From Solirubrobacterales bacterium (GTDB lineage: Bacteria > Actinomycetota > Thermoleophilia > Solirubrobacterales > 70-9): 64,000 bases of DNA. The position numbers and the translations under genes are program-made. The stretch is from NCBI GenBank assembly GCA_036794585.1, contig DAIRGH010000001.1, positions 6,964 through 70,963 on the forward strand, given 5' to 3'. Positions 8,945 to 16,753 of the stretch are shown here, in pieces; within the stretch, counting starts at the first letter, position 1; each line of letters starts with the position of its first letter. The notes beneath the pieces are model-generated. The model worked only from the letters and a program-made list of their open reading frames with translations, did no database searches and was not told where the DNA came from.

Positions 8945-10138
8945 ATGGCGGGATCCGCACCCAAACCACACCCCGAACACAGCGCGCCCGCCGCGGCCGG
9001 CGCCGCGTCGGCTCGTGAGCTCTTCTCCGGCTTTCCCTATGGGCTCTTCACTGTTGACGGCGGTAGCCGGGTGATCACGATGAACGATGCCTGTCGTGAG
9101 CTGCTCGTCAGACAGCCCATGCCCGTAAGCCGGCCCGTCACCTGCTGTGAGCTCGTTTGCGAATGGACGGCCGATGAAGGAGTTGCCGGGTGCCTCGGCG
9201 AGAGAGCGCGGGCGCTGGGCCGGCCGCTTCCCGAGGTGCGGATCGATCTCGCTGCGGGCGGACCCCGCAGCGCGGCGTGGGTGACGGTCGCACCGCTGAA
9301 TCGCGAGGGCCACACCGTCTTTCACCTCCGCCCCGGCCATGCGCGCGATCGGCGGCGGCGGTCGCGCGCTCAGGGGCCGGCCGCTCCGCCGCTTCGCGTC
9401 TTCGTGCTCGGGCAGACCCGGATCGAAACGGAGATCGCCGACAGCTCGGATCGCGAGTGGATCGACCAGCGCCCGGGCGAGCTGCTCAAGTACCTCGTCT
9501 GCGCCGGCGCCAAGCCTGTGTCCGCGAACGAGATCATCACTGCCCTGTGGCCAGCGGGTTCGAACACGGGCACGGGCGCCGTGCGCTACATCGTGCACGC
9601 CCTGCGCAACCAGCTCGAGCCGGCGCGCGAGTCGGGTTCGCCGTCATCGTTCATCGGCTCTGACCCGGCCGGCTATCACTTGATCCTCGAGCACGTCTGG
9701 GTCGACGCATCCGAGTTCGAGCAACTCGTTAACGGGGGCCTGACCGCGCTCGCCGCTGGGAAGCAGGCCGTCGCCCTGGACCAGCTCGAGCGGGCGATCG
9801 CCCTCTACCGCGGCGACCTCCTCGAAGACGAGCCCTACGCGGAATGGGCGTTTCACGAGCGAGAGCGGCTGAAGGAGCTATGTGGTCGCGCTCTACGCGC
9901 GACGACTGAGCTCCGGCTTGCGGCCAGCCCGGCCGACGAGGAGACCGTCGCCTACAGCCGCAGGCTCGCCGACCTCGAGCTCTACGACACAGACGCCCAG
10001 CGCCGCCACCTGGAGATCTGCATCCGCCACGGTCGCCGCAGCGAGGCCGTTCGCCGCTACGAGCTGTATCAGCGGCGGATGTTGAGAGAGTTCGGCCAGG
10101 AGCCGCCGTTCACCTTGGCCGACCTCGATCGCGCCTGA
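8945..10138 (+). CDS. SARP/AfsR-DnrI-type transcriptional regulator (winged-helix + BTAD) with an N-terminal Cys-rich PAS-like domain
   Basis: Same architecture as 6303-7466. The N-terminus carries TCCELVCEWTADEGVAGC. The winged helix is LRVFVLGQTRIET..RPGELLKYLVCAGAKPVSANEIITALW. The BTAD is VDASEFEQLV..ALYRGDLLEDEPYAEWAFHERERLKEL. Confidence 0.8.
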   Translation: MAGSAPKPHPEHSAPAAAGAASARELFSGFPYGLFTVDGGSRVITMNDACRELLVRQPMPVSRPVTCCELVCEWTADEGVAGCLGERARALGRPLPEVRIDLAAGGPRSAAWVTVAPLNREGHTVFHLRPGHARDRRRRSRAQGPAAPPLRVFVLGQTRIETEIADSSDREWIDQRPGELLKYLVCAGAKPVSANEIITALWPAGSNTGTGAVRYIVHALRNQLEPARESGSPSSFIGSDPAGYHLILEHVWVDASEFEQLVNGGLTALAAGKQAVALDQLERAIALYRGDLLEDEPYAEWAFHERERLKELCGRALRATTELRLAASPADEETVAYSRRLADLELYDTDAQRRHLEICIRHGRRSEAVRRYELYQRRMLREFGQEPPFTLADLDRA

Positions 10139-10147
10139 CGGGCGCCC

Positions 10148-11146
10148 TTATTGAGACGGACAGCGGGTCGACTTCGTCAGCTCGCCCGCGACGCAGCGAT
10201 CAATCCGCTTCGGCGGCTTGTCGTTACGCATAGAGAAGCGCGTGAACTTGCCCGTCACGTCCGGCTTGGTGATGTAGAGCCTGAGCTTTGTGCCCGGCGC
10301 CAGCGCTCTCTCGAAGCCGCCGAACCTCACGGTCGGCGCCGAGGCCGTCGCCTCGCGACTGTCAAACGAGCAGCTCTTGCCGCTGCACGTAAGCGTCAGG
10401 TTCGCACCCTTCGGCGCCCTTGCGGTGAGCCGCTTGATCGAGGTCTTTCCGTTCGGCTTCACCTCGCTGCCCAGCCGGACCACTGGGAACGGGCTCATCA
10501 GCGGCAGCGATGCGTCGTCGACGTCGATCTGGCGCCGGAGCACGTCGCTGGTGCCGTTGGCGTCGCGGACCCTGAGTGCGATCGCGTACCGGGCTGCCTG
10601 CGGAAAGATCGTCTCAGCCTGGGCACCGCTGGCGTCGTCGAAGTCTCCATCCTCGTCGAGGTCCCAGTCTTGCTCGACGATCGGCCCGTCCGGGTCCGAT
10701 GAGATCGACGTGAAGCTCACGCTCTCGCCGACCCGTGGCGACTCAGGGCTGATGACGAAGTCGGCGACCGGCCGGCGGTTGGCGATCTCGATCACCTGCT
10801 CGGTGGTCGCGGATCCACCTCCGGAGGAGGTGACGAGCAGGCGGACCGTCCGCGGTCCCGGGGTTGGGTAGGTGAAGCTCGCGGTCGAGCCCGTGGCGTC
10901 GTCGTACTGCCCATCGCCATCGAGATCCCAGCTCCATCCCGTAATCGTCTCGCCGGCGGGCGCCGCCGAGCCGGAGCCGTCGTAGCTCACGGTCTCGCCG
11001 CTCTTCGGCGCTGGCGGCGAGAAGGTGAAGCTCGCCGTCGGCGGGTCGGCCGCAAACGCCGCCGAAGCGCAAACCCCGAGCACGACAACCGCCACCACCA
11101 CTGCCGCCAGCCGCGAGGCCTGAACCGTCACCTGCCCACTCCTCAT
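10148..11146 (-). CDS. secreted PKD-repeat protein with a C-terminal Cys4 domain (paralogue of 1324-2886)
   Basis: Signal-like N-terminus (AAVVVAVVVLGVCASAAFA). Two PKD repeats (VSYDGSGSAAP..WSWDLDGDGQYDD; FTSISSDPDGPIVEQDWDLDEDGDFDD). The C-terminal domain LPLMSPFPVVRLGSEVKPNG...TCSGKSCSF...DRCVAGELTKSTRCPSQ aligns with the C-terminus of the 520-aa protein. Confidence 0.85.
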   Translation of the reverse strand: MRSGQVTVQASRLAAVVVAVVVLGVCASAAFAADPPTASFTFSPPAPKSGETVSYDGSGSAAPAGETITGWSWDLDGDGQYDDATGSTASFTYPTPGPRTVRLLVTSSGGGSATTEQVIEIANRRPVADFVISPESPRVGESVSFTSISSDPDGPIVEQDWDLDEDGDFDDASGAQAETIFPQAARYAIALRVRDANGTSDVLRRQIDVDDASLPLMSPFPVVRLGSEVKPNGKTSIKRLTARAPKGANLTLTCSGKSCSFDSREATASAPTVRFGGFERALAPGTKLRLYITKPDVTGKFTRFSMRNDKPPKRIDRCVAGELTKSTRCPSQ

Positions 11147-12279
11147 GTCTCCTGCCTTGCCAGTTGCCTCATCTGGTTGGCGAGATCGCGTTCGGCGTCC
11201 CTCACCGCGCGCTGCGCGTCGCCGTATGCCTTCTCCTCGCGATCGCCGGCCGCCGACGCGAGCCGCTCGTAGTCGCGCGCCACGGAGGTGCAGGCCGCGA
11301 CCAGCGCCTGCCGCGATGCGCGCAGCGCATCCGGCACGGTGATCGCGGCGAAGGCCTTCGCGGCCGCGCGATGCGAGTTCGCGAGGCTCTCTGCCGCGGC
11401 CGCCTGTTCGGCAGGGGTATCGGCCTTGTTCAGCCGGCCCAGGTCGTCGCGCCTTGCCGCGGCGAGGTCCTTGGCCTCTCGCTCCAGCTCCTCCACATAG
11501 CTGGTGTCCTCGGCGTTGGGGGGCGCGGTGCTTGGCGCCGCCGGCGAGTCATCTGCGCTCAGCGCCCCCGCGCCGAGCCCAACTGCCGGGATCGCGAGCA
11601 CCACGCCTGCGATCGCGAGCCGGCGACCGAGGCGCGAGGGCCGTTCGGTTATCTTCTCCGTCGGCCGAGCCCGCTGCCTGCTCTCTGACGCAACCGGCGC
11701 CGGCGCGCGCACCGGACGCTCAGCTCTCCGAGCTTTGAGCGCCGCCCTGCGGGCCCGCGCCCGCTGCTCTGCCCGGGCCCGGCCCCGTCTCGCAACCTCC
11801 TTGCGGGCGCGGCCGAACGCCACCCGCGCCCCACGGGCGGCCCGGTCGACCGGAGAGGGCTGCGGAGCACTCTCCGTCGCCTGCTCTCGGCGCGCTTTCT
11901 CTTCGTCCGCCTTCGGCTCGGATGGCTTCACCGCCGCCGCCGGGGCTTTCTCGACCTTCGCGCGCTCGGCGTGCCACGCCTGCTTGCGCTTAGCCCTTGT
12001 CTCGCGCAGCTCACCCTGTCGGCGCGAGATCTCCTGATCGAGATTGCGCAACCGCGCCGACGGATCGTCGGACCTTGCCCGGCCCGACTTCTTGCCGGCG
12101 CTCGAACTGCGCGCCTGTTTTGCCGACGCCGCAGCCGTGGCGCGTGCCGCCTGCGCGGCCTCCTTCGCCGCCCGAATCGAGCGCTCCTTGGCTGCGATCT
12201 CCCGGTCGAGCTTTGCCAGCGGCGAAACCTCCGTCGATTCGCGGGGCTCCTTCAAGGGTGGTGTCTCTTTGCGAGCCAT
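11143..12279 (-). CDS. membrane-anchored protein with a highly charged Lys/Arg/Ala/Glu-rich N-terminal half
   Basis: There is one hydrophobic segment (LAIAGVVLAIPAVGLGAGAL) and a helical C-terminal ~130 aa. Its TGA overlaps the ATG of the downstream PKD gene (ATGA at 11143-11146). No family recognised. Confidence 0.55.
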   Translation of the reverse strand: MARKETPPLKEPRESTEVSPLAKLDREIAAKERSIRAAKEAAQAARATAAASAKQARSSSAGKKSGRARSDDPSARLRNLDQEISRRQGELRETRAKRKQAWHAERAKVEKAPAAAVKPSEPKADEEKARREQATESAPQPSPVDRAARGARVAFGRARKEVARRGRARAEQRARARRAALKARRAERPVRAPAPVASESRQRARPTEKITERPSRLGRRLAIAGVVLAIPAVGLGAGALSADDSPAAPSTAPPNAEDTSYVEELEREAKDLAAARRDDLGRLNKADTPAEQAAAAESLANSHRAAAKAFAAITVPDALRASRQALVAACTSVARDYERLASAAGDREEKAYGDAQRAVRDAERDLANQMRQLARQET

Positions 12280-12329
12280 ATCCGGCTGCAGTGATACAGC
12301 CTGCCGAACAACGAAGCAGGGACGACCGA

Positions 12330-12550
12330 CCTAACGTCGAGCCTGGCCACGCCTACGTCAAGCAGCACCGCCAGTTCGGGCGGTCGACATCGCCACCGAG
12401 CTCAAGGACAAGGTCACCGAGACCGCGCAGAAGGCATCACTAGGGAATGCAGAAGCTCGGGCGGCTACGGCTACTCGTCCGACTACGACATGGAGCGCCT
12501 CGTGCGCCAGACCGATCTACGGCGGGACGTCAGAGATCCAGCGCAACTGC
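12330..12550 (+). pseudogene. decayed remnant of the 3' part of an acyl-CoA dehydrogenase gene
   Basis: By eye, co-linear blocks match the intact gene in order. Examples are 12351-12393 vs 5937-5970, 12395-12418 vs 6006-6030, ~12419-12525 vs 6118-6225 and ~12526-12550 vs 6236-6269. Aligned blocks are roughly 90% identical. Several internal deletions collapse ~400 nt to ~220 nt, and there is an in-frame TAG (cac tag gga). Confidence 0.75.
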
Positions 12551-12645
12551 GCGAGCGACCATCGCGATGAGGCCGCGCGACTCGATTAACTGTGCTCCGT
12601 GCTCACCGCTCGATTCTTCCCTGCCATGAGGACGCAGACCGAGCT

Positions 12646-12996
12646 TTACCTGCGCGTGACCTCGTATCCCCGTCCCGACTTCTTAACCGCACCGGATTCA
12701 CTAAGCCGGCGAGCAATTGGATAGAGCTGTTGTGGCTTGACGCCGATTTCTCTGGCGATCTCAGTCATCCGCGACCCGGGACGGGCCTTCACGGCTGCAA
12801 GAAACTCTAGTTCGCGCTGACCTCGGCGCGCTCGTGGGCGTGATCGACCGCCATTGCCCGACCCGCCGGATCCGGCACGAAGCAAGCTCCGGTCGGTTAG
12901 GTGCGATAGGGCCGTCTCAAGCTGCATACGCTCGCGGCTGAGATCCTCCAGCCGCCTATTCATCAGTGTCCGGGCTTTTTGAATCGTGTCCATCAA
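12646..12996 (-). CDS. small putative winged-helix DNA-binding protein
   Basis: N-terminal coiled segment, a Gly/Arg linker, then an HTH-like C-terminus (FLAAVKARPGSRMTEIAREIGVKPQQLYPIARRLSESGAVKKSGRGYEV). It sits at the left edge of the glycan island. Confidence 0.5.
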   Translation of the reverse strand: MMDTIQKARTLMNRRLEDLSRERMQLETALSHLTDRSLLRAGSGGSGNGGRSRPRARRGQRELEFLAAVKARPGSRMTEIAREIGVKPQQLYPIARRLSESGAVKKSGRGYEVTRR

Positions 12997-13263
12997 TCAC
13001 TCTGGCGTCGGCTCTTGTGCCCGCCTATCCTGTTGTACGAAGCACTGAGCGCCACACTGACACTCGATCATCGATGCAGATGGGCACCGCGGCGCCCGCC
13101 TTCGCCGTGAATCCGCATACAGGAGAGACGATGTCGAGGGTAAGCGGCTCTATTCGCGCAAGTTCATCTCTCGCTGCCGCAATTCATCCCGCGCCGGTTC
13201 ACCTGAAGTTGGATCTCTACGCGGAGGTTGCCGCCGACTCCGCATCCCCGGCGCGTACGACGG

Positions 13264-13950
13264 CTATCGTGTCGCTGCGACGTAGTACTGGGCACCAAAC
13301 GGCAGACCGCGTAGGCTCCGCTCGATTCTCTCCAGCCGCTGTCCTTCGCGAGTAAAAAAGATGATGTAAGGCGCCGCGACGACACGCAAGCCCTCATGCT
13401 TCAACAACCGCATCGTATGGCGACGGGACAACAGGACAGCGTCCTCATCGAAGGAACACTTGTGTACGACGATGCGCGTCAACGGGTTAAACGGATTATG
13501 CTCAAAAATCGCCACGATTCCACCCGCGCGTGTCACTCGGGCCATCTCCGCGACGAACCACCGTCTTTCTGGTGGCGGAACGTGGTGCAGAACGCAAATC
13601 GCAAAGCTGAGATCGAAACTTGCGCTCGGGAAAGGAATCGGATCGCCAGCGTTGTAGTGCTCATATGAGGCCCAGGGGTTGGCCTTTGCAGCCCGCTCGA
13701 GCGGGTCGGGCGCAATATCCACGCCGGTGAGTCGAGCAAAGCTGCCCTTTAGGTACCGCTCGGTTTCGCCCGCTCCGCATCCCACGTCAAGTACATCCAG
13801 ATCAGTTGTCTCGCCCAATTGCGACGCAAGATTCGTGATACATCGAGCCTTCTTACGCATGAACATCTCCGCCTCGGCCCCAGAGAACGCAACAGCGTCC
13901 TGTAGCAGTTCGGCGTAGGAATCGTTGTATTCGTTAAAGTCGGCGGTCAT
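13264..13950 (-). CDS. class I SAM-dependent methyltransferase
   Basis: Motif I VLDVGCGAGETERYL and post-I/II segments (LTGVDIAPDPL, FDLSFAICVLHHV, GGIVAIFEHNP). Confidence 0.85.
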   Translation of the reverse strand: MTADFNEYNDSYAELLQDAVAFSGAEAEMFMRKKARCITNLASQLGETTDLDVLDVGCGAGETERYLKGSFARLTGVDIAPDPLERAAKANPWASYEHYNAGDPIPFPSASFDLSFAICVLHHVPPPERRWFVAEMARVTRAGGIVAIFEHNPFNPLTRIVVHKCSFDEDAVLLSRRHTMRLLKHEGLRVVAAPYIIFFTREGQRLERIERSLRGLPFGAQYYVAATR

Positions 13951-13995
13951 CCCGAAGCGGAATGTGAATCTGACTCGGATTTCTCGGCTCGCGCG

Positions 13996-14706
13996 GTGAT
14001 GCCACCGCCCGAATTGAGCACAATAGTCCTCTGTTATCGAGCCGGGGAGAGCATCCGGGCCGTTGTGGGGCCTCTTCGGGAAATGCTCGAGCGCTCCGGC
14101 GTCGAGTGTGAGTTAGTTCTGGTCGCGAATTATGACTCGGATGACGATCCGACCCCGCAAATCGTCCAGGAGTTGGCCCGGGAGCGGGAGTGGTGCACGA
14201 CGGTGATACGAGCGAAGGAAGGGGGAATGGGCTGGGACATGCGGACGGGATTCGAGCGTGCCCGCGGTGCATTCGTCATCGTGATCGACGGAGACGCGCA
14301 GAATCCGATCGAGGACGTCCTTCGCATGTACGAGGAAATGCGGAGGACAGGCGCACACTTGATGAAAGGGCGGCGGATCTCGAGATTCGACGGCCCATAT
14401 CGACGATTCATTAGCTACGTCTACAACGCGCTGTTTAGACTGATGTTCGGCACGCGTGGCGTTCGAGACATCAACGGGAAGCCCAAGGGACTCACGCGTG
14501 ATGCTTACGATCGGCTAAGTCCCTTCACCTCCGACGATTGGTTCATCGATGCCGAGATCGTCATTAAGGCTCACCGGCAAGGACTAACAATTCGCGAGCT
14601 CCCTGTGGTGTTTCGGCAAAATTTGGAGCGGTCGTCATTCGTCCGGTTCAGCGCGATCGGGGAGTTCTTGGTCAACATGGTCCGATTTTGGTCGCGCCGT
14701 CGCTGA
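13996..14706 (+). CDS. family 2 glycosyltransferase (polyprenyl-phosphate sugar synthase-like, DPM1/ArnC/GtrB type)
   Basis: LSTIVLCYRAGESI..., the acidic motif VIVIDGDAQNP, and the short ~235-aa size typical of polyprenyl-phosphate glycosyltransferases. Confidence 0.85.
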   Translation: MMPPPELSTIVLCYRAGESIRAVVGPLREMLERSGVECELVLVANYDSDDDPTPQIVQELAREREWCTTVIRAKEGGMGWDMRTGFERARGAFVIVIDGDAQNPIEDVLRMYEEMRRTGAHLMKGRRISRFDGPYRRFISYVYNALFRLMFGTRGVRDINGKPKGLTRDAYDRLSPFTSDDWFIDAEIVIKAHRQGLTIRELPVVFRQNLERSSFVRFSAIGEFLVNMVRFWSRRR

Positions 14707-15575
14707 CCAATCGCGGTACGGTCCTCATCACCGGCGCGTCGGGGGGACTCGGCGGCCGAGTGCTCGGGGCAGTAAGGGCAGAGGGCTGGCGCGCCAGAGC
14801 CCTTGTTCACAGCCGGCCGACCCCTGAGGCGGATGAGGAGGTTAAAGGGGATCTCACGGTCGGCGCTTCCCTCGAGGGCACAGTCGAGGGGGTCAGCGCT
14901 GTCGTGCATATGGCGGCCGTGACACACGCGAGGCGTCCCGGCAAGTATCTATCAATCAACCGAGATGGGACGGCGGCTCTGTTGGCAGCGGCCCAAAGAG
15001 CGGGGGTTCGCCGCTTTGTGTACGTAAGTACTCGCGCGATCTCGGCCGATGGCGGCGCGTACAGTAGGTCGAAACGTGCGGCCGAGAATGAGGTGAGGAC
15101 TTCTGGGCTCGAGTACGTCATCCTGAGGCTGTCTGAAGTGATCTGCGCAGGCAGCAAGCAAGGGGCAGATGCAGTGATCGCCCGGGCTAGGCGTGGTAGA
15201 CCGATCCCGGTTGTCGGTTCGGGCGACGAGCTCCTTTGCCCAGTTCATGTGGATGACGTTGTACCAGCGATTGTGGCCGCGCTGGACGCGCCGGCCGGAC
15301 GCACTCACACACTCGCGGGGGAGTGTTTAACAGTGCGTGACTTCGCGACGACCTGCAGTCGGGCATTTGGCTCGGAAAGTAGGATAGTCACGGTCCCAAT
15401 GTTCGCGATGGTTCTGTTGTCGGGCCTAGCTCGGATCGCGCCGCTTCCGCTCTATCCCGACCAGGTACGCCGGCTACGTGCGGCAAAGGAACCGGGCTCG
15501 ACTGACGCAAAATCGGACCTCGGGTTTGCAGCAAGGTCGCTCGCCGAGTGCCTGCGAGGTGTAGTGCGCCGTTAA
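14688..15575 (+). CDS. NAD(P)-dependent epimerase/dehydratase (extended SDR)
   Basis: Rossmann motif VLITGASGGLGGRVLG, a YSRSK catalytic-type motif, and overlap with the upstream GT2 gene. Confidence 0.8.
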   Translation: MVAPSLTNRGTVLITGASGGLGGRVLGAVRAEGWRARALVHSRPTPEADEEVKGDLTVGASLEGTVEGVSAVVHMAAVTHARRPGKYLSINRDGTAALLAAAQRAGVRRFVYVSTRAISADGGAYSRSKRAAENEVRTSGLEYVILRLSEVICAGSKQGADAVIARARRGRPIPVVGSGDELLCPVHVDDVVPAIVAALDAPAGRTHTLAGECLTVRDFATTCSRAFGSESRIVTVPMFAMVLLSGLARIAPLPLYPDQVRRLRAAKEPGSTDAKSDLGFAARSLAECLRGVVRR

Positions 15576-16732
15576 GGGCTTGGGGGTTTGGGGGTTCGAG
15601 ATCCTGGCACTTCAGAGTTCGCCTGCTCAACTGAGCGAGGTGCCCGCGTCAACGCTGCGAGCGCAAGCTCCGTGCTCATCTGCGCGATTCGCGCCAAGAT
15701 GGCGCAGGCGACGGCTGGGCCCGCGGCCATGACGGACGAGAGCGCGACAGCAAGCCCTGCCTCGCGGGCAATCAGTCCGCCCGGTAGGACGAATGCAATG
15801 AACGACAAGGTGGTTCCGACCGCAAAGGCACCGGTAACGGTGACGATGTCGCCACTATTGACCGGGTAGACGGATGCCGCGAGCGCGTAAACGCTGAGCC
15901 CAGCAACGGCATAGATTCCAGCGTACAGGCCAACAAACGCCAGGATCCGCGACCCCGGTAGGACCAGAGGCAGTGGTTGGCGCCCCAGTGCGTGCAGTAG
16001 CGCATTTGCCGCCCGGCGGAAGATTGCAGGCTGCAGTGTTATAAGCCCAATGAGAGGCAGCCCGACCGCGAGGAAGCGCGCGGGGTCGTCACTCAGTTGG
16101 GGCATGTTTACGACGAAGTAAGCACCGAGCACCAGCGCCCCAGCGAACGCCAGGGCGAACTCGTAGACCACGCTCGCCAGACAAATGCGTTTCGGCACGC
16201 GCAAGCGCTCACACATCGCGGCTCGGATGATCGGAAGCAACAAGCTCGTCGGGACGTACCGGCCTAGTGCAGAAGTGCACCAGATCGACGTTGCCCTGAC
16301 TGGGTCGATTGTCGGACCAAGGGCCTGGAGAAGCCGGCGCCAGACCTCTGCGCTCAGGAGTGCTACCGCGACGAAGCCAAAGACCCCCAGAGCGCACCAC
16401 GCGGGTTGAAAGGGATGGTCCAGGTCAGGAAATCCTCCGAGTGCGGGCACGGCGATAGCAGCAACGCCGAGTACCAGGAGCACTCCGATGCAAATGTGAA
16501 GGGCTCGCCGTCGCACCGGGTCCTCGGGTCGCAACGACCCCGTCCGCGAGGCAATGTCACCGAGCCGCTTAAGTCTTGGCGCCGTTTGGTTGGCTGAGAA
16601 CCCCTCGCGCGGTGATACCAACCGTGGGGAGGTGGCCGTACCCCCGTCCGAGGCGCTCTTCCACGGCCTGGCTCGTGGTCCCGTGTGTTCCTCCCCGGGC
16701 TCGGGTGAAGAGACGCGCACCAAATGGATCAT
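15572..16732 (-). CDS. polytopic membrane protein, lysylphosphatidylglycerol-synthase-TM/flippase-like (UPF0104-type)
   Basis: About 8 hydrophobic segments and the family-like stretch EVWRRLLQALGPTIDPVRATSIWCTSALGRYVPTSLLLPIIRA. The first ~70 codons are low-complexity, so the true start is probably internal. Confidence 0.6.
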   Translation of the reverse strand: MIHLVRVSSPEPGEEHTGPRARPWKSASDGGTATSPRLVSPREGFSANQTAPRLKRLGDIASRTGSLRPEDPVRRRALHICIGVLLVLGVAAIAVPALGGFPDLDHPFQPAWCALGVFGFVAVALLSAEVWRRLLQALGPTIDPVRATSIWCTSALGRYVPTSLLLPIIRAAMCERLRVPKRICLASVVYEFALAFAGALVLGAYFVVNMPQLSDDPARFLAVGLPLIGLITLQPAIFRRAANALLHALGRQPLPLVLPGSRILAFVGLYAGIYAVAGLSVYALAASVYPVNSGDIVTVTGAFAVGTTLSFIAFVLPGGLIAREAGLAVALSSVMAAGPAVACAILARIAQMSTELALAALTRAPRSVEQANSEVPGSRTPKPPSP

Positions 16733-16753
16733 CGCACGGAATCCGTGCGATGG

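Noticed and set aside
12966-13355. A 129-aa ORF in the gap between the wHTH gene and the methyltransferase gene
   Set aside because: It overlaps the 3' end of the methyltransferase gene antisense. It has no RBS or motif, and its composition is Ser/Ala/Thr-rich and unconvincing.
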